Source: a virus
Reading direction: 5' to 3' (one strand)
IMG/VR virus record: IMGVR_UViG_3300027708_000021
Length of the DNA: 64,000 nucleotides
Positions 58,555-64,000 of this stretch are shown in pieces (position 1 is the first letter of the stretch; every line of letters begins with the position of its first letter). Under the pieces are notes generated by a model, which made no database searches, was not told the origin of the DNA, and was given only the letters and a program-made list of their open reading frames with translations. Position numbers and translations under genes: made by a program.

Positions 58555-59046
58555 CTTATAAGTAGAACCCCTGCAGTGCAAGGTCGGCGCCCTGATATCA
58601 CCGGGCGGAAAGGGTAGTCTAGGGTGGATATACCCAGCTATACAAGGGTATACAAGGGTATACAAGGGTATACGACAGTATATAAGGATACTATATACGG
58701 AAGACGAGACGGTGATACAAGGTGATAACGGGCGATGTATAGTCCATATTTCAACCATCTCACCCCGAGGACTGAAGGTTTTGACACTTTCTTCTCACCG
58801 CACTCCGAACCGAAAAGATTCAATCTTTTCTCTAATAACTAACTCACTATACATATACTTTTCTTTATTATTTCGAATAATATCCAACATTTTCCTACCT
58901 TTTCTTACTTTTCCTTACATATCCGTGATTTAATCGACTTTATTATATCTCCGGGCGAGAATAGTAGACTACCGACCCCAAAATGATTGAATCTTTTTGA
59001 ATAATATGTTATAATAACTAGTACAACTAACTCAAAAGGACTCATC
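58555..59046. other. Candidate replication origin
   Basis: Non-coding; phased repeats, paired palindromes AAAAGATTCAATCTTTT / GATTGAATCTTTT, pyrimidine/AT-rich tract, apparent GC-skew switch. Confidence 0.5.
58629..58740. repeat. 10-bp-period tandem repeats (iteron-like)
   Basis: TATACAAGGG x3 exact (58639-68) plus three degenerate flanking units; GGTGATA-type x3 at 58711-40. Confidence 0.8.
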
Positions 59047-59213
59047 GTGGACATAGCTAGAGCCATAGCCATACAGTTCGATATACTAAATGCTGTTTAC
59101 TTGCTCATAGGCGTCATTGTCATCGGCGCCATTGTTATCGTTGGTAGCGTGTATCTTTATGGGGAATATCAAGAGTACAAGCGCGAGCATATTAATACTA
59201 AAAAGGATTGGCT

Positions 59214-59531
59214 ATGACTAAGACTCGAGTCAGCGTCGCTCGTAGACTCTACGCTAGCCATGTTAACTATGGTGACGATGCGTTATATCGTGATGAACTG
59301 GCACGTATACTAGGTGAAATTGTCCATGTAGCTGGGCCTATTCTTCACGGGGCTGACTATCCTGTATTTGCTCAAGGAGCTCACTGGCGTTTTATGTTAG
59401 GTGTACCCCGAGATGTACAAGAGCATTACATAGAGTTTGATCAGGAGGCAGATGCTGTATTTTATATGTTGAAATATGGTGGTGAGATCGTTCCGGAGTT
59501 AGAGGAAGTAGAAATGGCATGGGCGAAATAG
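59214..59531 (+). CDS. Small protein, FxF...DA..F.LKY family
   Basis: YIEFDQEADAVFYMLKYG. Confidence 0.65.
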   Translation: MTKTRVSVARRLYASHVNYGDDALYRDELARILGEIVHVAGPILHGADYPVFAQGAHWRFMLGVPRDVQEHYIEFDQEADAVFYMLKYGGEIVPELEEVEMAWAK

Positions 59532-59548
59532 TGTTCGGGTTTTGCACG

Positions 59549-59562
59549 TGCGCTTCGCGCTG
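59549..59562 (-). repeat. 14-bp inverted repeat, right copy
   Basis: TGCGCTTCGCGCTG. Confidence 0.8.
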
Positions 59563-59592
59563 TTCTCGGGTTCTATAAGGCCACGCCGGGTT

Positions 59593-59820
59593 ATGTCAAA
59601 TACCGTTGTCGTCCCTGTGAATACTGCTACAGAAGCATATGATATAGTCATGGAGTTAAAAGGGCTAGGATTAGCGGCTAATAAGGATTTTACATGGAGT
59701 TTTCGGCCCAGGCAGGAGGATTACTTTAGCTATGAGGAAATAGAAACTGAGCCTCCTTCAGTTACTTTTACATTCGTTAACGAGAGTATGGCCAGCTTCG
59801 TAAGGTTAAAATTTCAATGA
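59593..59820 (+). CDS. Small protein, same family
   Basis: VTFTFVNESMASFVRLKFQ. Confidence 0.65.
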   Translation: MSNTVVVPVNTATEAYDIVMELKGLGLAANKDFTWSFRPRQEDYFSYEEIETEPPSVTFTFVNESMASFVRLKFQ

Positions 59821-60038
59821 TTAGAGTTAATGTATTATCGGACCCTTTTAATCGTGCTTATTGGGCGGCTAAACGGGAATTACCAGTAGAACCGTTAGAA
59901 TTACCCCGTCAATATGGTGGTCGTTGGCGTGAAAAGTTCCGGTGTAGGGTTGAGCAGGGTAACTGGTTGACTAATCAAGTTTACTATGTGTTTGATAGGG
60001 ATGAGGATTACACTTGGTTTATGTTAAAATACAGTTAA
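59817..60038 (+). CDS. Small protein, same family
   Basis: YYVFDRDEDYTWFMLKYS. Confidence 0.7.
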   Translation: MIRVNVLSDPFNRAYWAAKRELPVEPLELPRQYGGRWREKFRCRVEQGNWLTNQVYYVFDRDEDYTWFMLKYS

Positions 60039-60227
60039 ATGAACGAAATAGAGAAAAGATTCGTAGCTAGTGTACGTGCTCCTGAGGTGAAGCCGTATCA
60101 AGGATGGTCGCCTTGTATCGTATGGTGCGACAATCATTTAAAGGATGGCTGGTGGTTTATTGGGGATGGAGTATTTGAATTTGTCCGTGAGCAGGATTAT
60201 TTAATGTTTATGTTGCGTTGGAATTAA
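60039..60227 (+). CDS. Small protein, same family
   Basis: WC...W...VFEFVREQDYLMFMLRWN. Confidence 0.7.
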   Translation: MNEIEKRFVASVRAPEVKPYQGWSPCIVWCDNHLKDGWWFIGDGVFEFVREQDYLMFMLRWN

Positions 60228-61484
60228 ATGACAACAGTTATATTTAAATTCGAGGATTTTATTCGATTATTTACGTTTAATCGGGGAATTTCTTACGAGG
60301 ATTTTTCGAATAAATTAAGTATTTTAAATATATCTGATCGTTCAGGTGAATTTGTTGTTCGTAGTGATATAAATACGTTTATTAGTCGTGTGGCCCGTAG
60401 GGACGATAGGGCAGAAAGATTAGAATTATATAAAAGGAATTTATATCGTATGCTGGTATTAGAGCCCGAAGTGGCATTAAAGACGTGGTTTAAAAGATAT
60501 GGGGAATTACCCCACGAATTAAATTATTATTTTGATATTCCCACTACATCAATTAGAACAGCGGATACATTCCAGGGCATAAAGAATTCTAAATATGGGC
60601 GTGTATGTAAGAATATTAATTTCGATAAGTTTTATAATACACGGAAATTATACGCAAATGACAGCGAATATACCTTTGGATTATTACGTGCCATGTTCGA
60701 GGATTTTAAAATAAGAAATAGTCTAGCAGGGCCAGCGTTCTTTGATCATATATGTCAATTAGATGGCGATTATAATCAATTCTGGACTGACTTTATGATT
60801 GGAGCTAACCGTGCTAGTATCTTTAATCCAGCGACTTATCGTGGAATATTAGATGAATTATTTGAAGGAGATACTATATTTGCTCCAGTAATGGGTTGGA
60901 ATGCTTATCAGTTTGGCTTTTATAGCAGCACTAAATTTAAACATTTTATTAGTACAGATGTAATTCCTGATGTAGTTGACAATGGTCGTTTATTACACGA
61001 ATCATATCAAGCATATAGGGATCAAAGTATATTTGAATTACAGGATAAAACAATTGATTTATATTGCTGTCCTAGTGAGGAATTACAGAAAAGATTTAAT
61101 TTTGTAGACAAGTATCGAGACAAGGTGGATGCTGTATTATTCAGCCCGCCCTATTATGATTTAGAAATATACGACAGTCCCAATCAAAGTTTAACTAATT
61201 ATCCCGATTATGCGGATTGGTTACGGGGTTATTGGGAAGAAACAATCGAAATATGTGAGCAAGTATTAAAAAAGAATGGCCGTTTGGGATTTATTATTTC
61301 GAATTATCGCAATAAAGATAAAAAAGATGTTACAATTAGTGAAGATATGATGAAAATTGTTAGCGATCATTTAACTAATATTGGCAGATATAAGGTACAA
61401 TGGAGTGCTATAAGCACAGGTCGTCAAGCGGCTAAAATGCGGGGCGGTAATTTTGAAGATTTATGGTTATTTGAGAAAAAATGA
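60228..61484 (+). CDS. Amino (N4C/N6A) DNA methyltransferase-like protein
   Basis: FAPVMGW (variant motif I) and FSPPYYDLEIY (motif IV). Confidence 0.75.
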   Translation: MTTVIFKFEDFIRLFTFNRGISYEDFSNKLSILNISDRSGEFVVRSDINTFISRVARRDDRAERLELYKRNLYRMLVLEPEVALKTWFKRYGELPHELNYYFDIPTTSIRTADTFQGIKNSKYGRVCKNINFDKFYNTRKLYANDSEYTFGLLRAMFEDFKIRNSLAGPAFFDHICQLDGDYNQFWTDFMIGANRASIFNPATYRGILDELFEGDTIFAPVMGWNAYQFGFYSSTKFKHFISTDVIPDVVDNGRLLHESYQAYRDQSIFELQDKTIDLYCCPSEELQKRFNFVDKYRDKVDAVLFSPPYYDLEIYDSPNQSLTNYPDYADWLRGYWEETIEICEQVLKKNGRLGFIISNYRNKDKKDVTISEDMMKIVSDHLTNIGRYKVQWSAISTGRQAAKMRGGNFEDLWLFEKK

Positions 61485-62425
61485 GTAAAAAGATTCGTAC
61501 AGTAAATGACAATTTAGAACTAGTTACCATTGATGATATTGTTAATCATAAATTAATTTCTGACGAGGAATTAAATAAAGATTTAAATAATTTAAACCGA
61601 TACGATTGTCGAGAAAATGAAAACAATTTCGCGGGAAATAGATTTCTTTATCATTATCAATTTGCTAATTTATTACATTGTACTAGAGAGCGTTCAGGTA
61701 AGCCCAGGGAAACAATTTATGAAATGTGGGCTGACCCTGCGAAAAAGGCCTTTTTAATTGATCAGACTCGTAAAAGAAATAGGGGAGGTAAAGTCCCTGC
61801 TAATAATATATTTGAATGCTATAGAATTAATACTGGTAGCATTGTTATGTTTAAAAGTATTACAGCCAAATATCTATATAAGAAATATAATGCCACAGCC
61901 GTATTAGATCCCACAGCTGGTTGGGGCGGGCGTATGCTTGGGGCTTGGAGTTTAGGTATAGACTATGTGGGCATAGATACTAATATAGATATGAAGCCTG
62001 CTTATGATGGCATGATGGACTTTCTAGAAAACAAAGTAACATTTGGTAATGGTCTATTCGCAGTAGAAAATACAAGTAAATTAGAAATGATTTGGGATAG
62101 TTGTTTAACTGTGGATTATAGTAAAATCAATTATGACTTTGTATTAACTAGTCCGCCTTATATTAATATGGAATTATATAAGAATATGAAGCCCTGGGAA
62201 AATGATCGGGTCTTTTATGAGGACTTCTTTATTCCTTTATGGGCTAAATGTGTTAAGCATATTAAACAGGGCGGAACTGTTTGTTTTAATATTAGTCCTA
62301 AAATGTATGACGATGCTATTAAATATGGATTAACTCCCTGTGATACAGAAGAAGATCTATTACAACAATTAGGACAGGCCAAAGGTAAAAAGAAGCAGGA
62401 CAAGATATACATCTGGAACTGTTAA
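61481..62425 (+). CDS. Amino (N4C/N6A) DNA methyltransferase
   Basis: VLDPTAGWGGR (motif I), TSPPYINMELY (motif IV). Confidence 0.85.
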   Translation: MSKKIRTVNDNLELVTIDDIVNHKLISDEELNKDLNNLNRYDCRENENNFAGNRFLYHYQFANLLHCTRERSGKPRETIYEMWADPAKKAFLIDQTRKRNRGGKVPANNIFECYRINTGSIVMFKSITAKYLYKKYNATAVLDPTAGWGGRMLGAWSLGIDYVGIDTNIDMKPAYDGMMDFLENKVTFGNGLFAVENTSKLEMIWDSCLTVDYSKINYDFVLTSPPYINMELYKNMKPWENDRVFYEDFFIPLWAKCVKHIKQGGTVCFNISPKMYDDAIKYGLTPCDTEEDLLQQLGQAKGKKKQDKIYIWNC

Positions 62426-62431
62426 TATTCT

Positions 62432-62878
62432 ATGAAATTAAAAACAAATTTCCTCTCAGCAGAAGAATGTGCTTTATTAATACAATTTTACAAAGATAAT
62501 CAGGATAAGATTCTTGAATATAAGGGAACCTTTCCCTTGGGATTATTTGAATTTCCGCAATTCCAGCCTCTTTTAAATAAAATTGACACGCAAGTTAGAA
62601 AAGATTTTAAAGATGATATGTATTTGGACAATAGTCAAATAGTAAAATGGCCAATTAATTCTTGTACATTGGATCATGTTGATCATGGAGATAAATGTGT
62701 TTTTATATGCTATCTTAATGACGACTATTCGGGGGGCGAAACTGTGATTATTGATAAAAAGAAAAGTATTGTTCCAAAAAAAGGCAATATGTTATATTTC
62801 GATAATAGTAAACTTTTACACAGAGTTAATACAGTTGGCGGGAATGATAGATATGTTCTTGCTGGTTGGTATGCTTGA
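62432..62878 (+). CDS. 2OG-Fe(II) oxygenase
   Basis: HVD, YLNDDYSGGET, H.V..V..G.RY. Confidence 0.88.
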   Translation: MKLKTNFLSAEECALLIQFYKDNQDKILEYKGTFPLGLFEFPQFQPLLNKIDTQVRKDFKDDMYLDNSQIVKWPINSCTLDHVDHGDKCVFICYLNDDYSGGETVIIDKKKSIVPKKGNMLYFDNSKLLHRVNTVGGNDRYVLAGWYA

Positions 62879-62900
62879 CTAAATTGCTAAATATATAACC

Positions 62901-63377
62901 ATGCGTACTTTGAGAGAATATATTGATTTAGTTGCCGAAGCAGACAAAAAGTTAGATCCTGAGATTTATGGGGAAGAATTACCAATTGCTACAGTTAAAC
63001 GAATTATACAGAACATAATGTCTACTGTAGATCCTACAGCGCCGCTTAAGATTAAAAGAAGTCCAGAGGGATATTATATAGTTGAATCTCCAAAATTGAA
63101 TATGGCCTTTGGTATTACCGCAGATGGTGGAGAGATCTCAGCTAACATTGAACGAGCATACAGCAGCTACAAAGGTGCTAATGTAGTTACTGACATACTA
63201 AAACAATGCTTCGCGGCAATGGAAAAGAAATTTGGAAAACCAACGGCATTTGTCATTTCCCCCAGAGAAGATCGTGGACACGGAGTTTGGCAACACGTCG
63301 CACAGAAACTTGGCGCAAAGTACGGGGGCGGCACATATCAAGGCGATACATCTAATGCTGTTAGCCACCCGGCATAA
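62901..63377 (+). CDS. Putative internal head protein with capsid-targeting-like N-terminus
   Basis: Late promoter; MRTLREYIDLVAE resembles T4 internal protein leaders. Confidence 0.55.
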   Translation: MRTLREYIDLVAEADKKLDPEIYGEELPIATVKRIIQNIMSTVDPTAPLKIKRSPEGYYIVESPKLNMAFGITADGGEISANIERAYSSYKGANVVTDILKQCFAAMEKKFGKPTAFVISPREDRGHGVWQHVAQKLGAKYGGGTYQGDTSNAVSHPA

Positions 63378-63418
63378 GTATCGAGAGAATAAATTATGAA
63401 AATATTTGGAATTGCTAA

Positions 63419-64000
63419 TTAATAATTAGGATATTTCTTCTGCCATTCAGCTTTCTTGGCTTCATAATCATTTAAAAAATCAATAGCGGTATTTCTTAAA
63501 TACCAAGCTAATTGGGTGTAATTAGATATATGCGTATCAAATATAGCTGGATCAATTTTTAATGGCACGTTAGTATATTTGTTTTTTTCAATAAATTCTT
63601 TATTGGCTTGTCCGGCAAAGTCTTTTAAAAATGCTTGTATATTAATTAAGTAATATTGGTCACAATCAAATATAATTTCATGATCCGTATATCCACTAGG
63701 TAATCCTGGCTTGTACGTGCTTGCTAATTGTTTAGCTCGTTCTCCGCCCCAATCTTCGCGATCTTCTGCCACTTGTTGGCTACCGATATCCTTGATCTTT
63801 GGACTCCAGAAACTTTTGGCCCCAGCAGGTGGCAGGAAAATATTTGATGCGCCAAACGGGCCGCGATTGCTAGTAGGTTTAATCATTTTGGTGAATACTG
63901 GATACTCGATTCCAAGGTGGTCTAGTATCTCAGTTTGAGCATAGCCTGTTTGCCCGCTTTTGACGCCACCTTTGATTGTATTAGTAACTTTAGCCAATAC
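63419..64000 (-). CDS. Hypothetical protein, partial (runs off the window)
   Basis: Open frame of at least 192 aa; FWSPKIKD...HEIIFDCDQYYLI. Confidence 0.6.
   Translation of the reverse strand, partial: VLAKVTNTIKGGVKSGQTGYAQTEILDHLGIEYPVFTKMIKPTSNRGPFGASNIFLPPAGAKSFWSPKIKDIGSQQVAEDREDWGGERAKQLASTYKPGLPSGYTDHEIIFDCDQYYLINIQAFLKDFAGQANKEFIEKNKYTNVPLKIDPAIFDTHISNYTQLAWYLRNTAIDFLNDYEAKKAEWQKKYPNY

Noticed and set aside
58629-58740. 10-bp repeats as a CRISPR or coding repeat (ORFs 58528-58758, 58638-58823, 58712-58933)
   Set aside because: Units too short and unspaced; the overlapping ORFs lack RBSs and read as translated repeats
2178-62412. Numerous 60-150 aa antisense or alternate-frame ORFs inside long genes (e.g. 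2178-2507, 14681-15064, 37182-37583, 50526-50981)
   Set aside because: Shadows of well-supported + strand genes; no RBS, promoter or motifs
1-64000. Stop-codon reassignment
   Set aside because: Core genes are full length in code 11, and TAA, TAG and TGA all terminate genes
1-64000. tRNA, tmRNA or rRNA genes
   Set aside because: No cloverleaf with T-loop/D-loop consensus seen in intergenic regions by eye; tRNAscan-SE/ARAGORN would confirm

Overview
64 kb of an AT-rich, large tailed-phage genome (T4-related myovirus/jumbo-phage type). The host is probably a proteobacterium, most likely a freshwater betaproteobacterium; this is inferred from the IscU/IscA, DesA, phasin-like, ClpXP/ClpS and bS21 cargo. 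Almost all genes are on the + strand, in the standard code. In order: end of the terminase large subunit; a Glu-punctuated head polyprotein; a T4-like replication/recombination block (gp32, UvsX, UvsY, UvsW, gp62-like, primase, gp41 helicase) containing a miniature DnaE-like polymerase; head/internal proteins; Fe-S assembly genes; tail/baseplate genes; nrdA/nrdB split by a secreted-protein cassette; DNA ligase; a proteostasis/translation cluster (ClpX, bS21, Hsp20, ClpS, two ClpP); UvsE; a PHA/lipid-linked module; a probable origin/early region (about 54.9-59.6 kb); and two DNA MTases plus a 2OG-Fe(II) oxygenase. Most interesting candidates: (1) a phasin/desaturase/GNAT module with PhaR-like operators, late promoters and a ROSE-like thermometer shared with hsp20; (2) an origin-like region bracketed by inverted GCGC-GAA-GCGC mini-hairpins with 10-bp-phased iterons; (3) the 197-aa mini-DnaE; (4) a probably virion-packaged nucleotidyltransferase/ligase-like fusion; (5) several pseudoknotted RNA elements, including a T4-style gene 32 leader pseudoknot. 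All family assignments come from reading motifs by eye; no searches were run.
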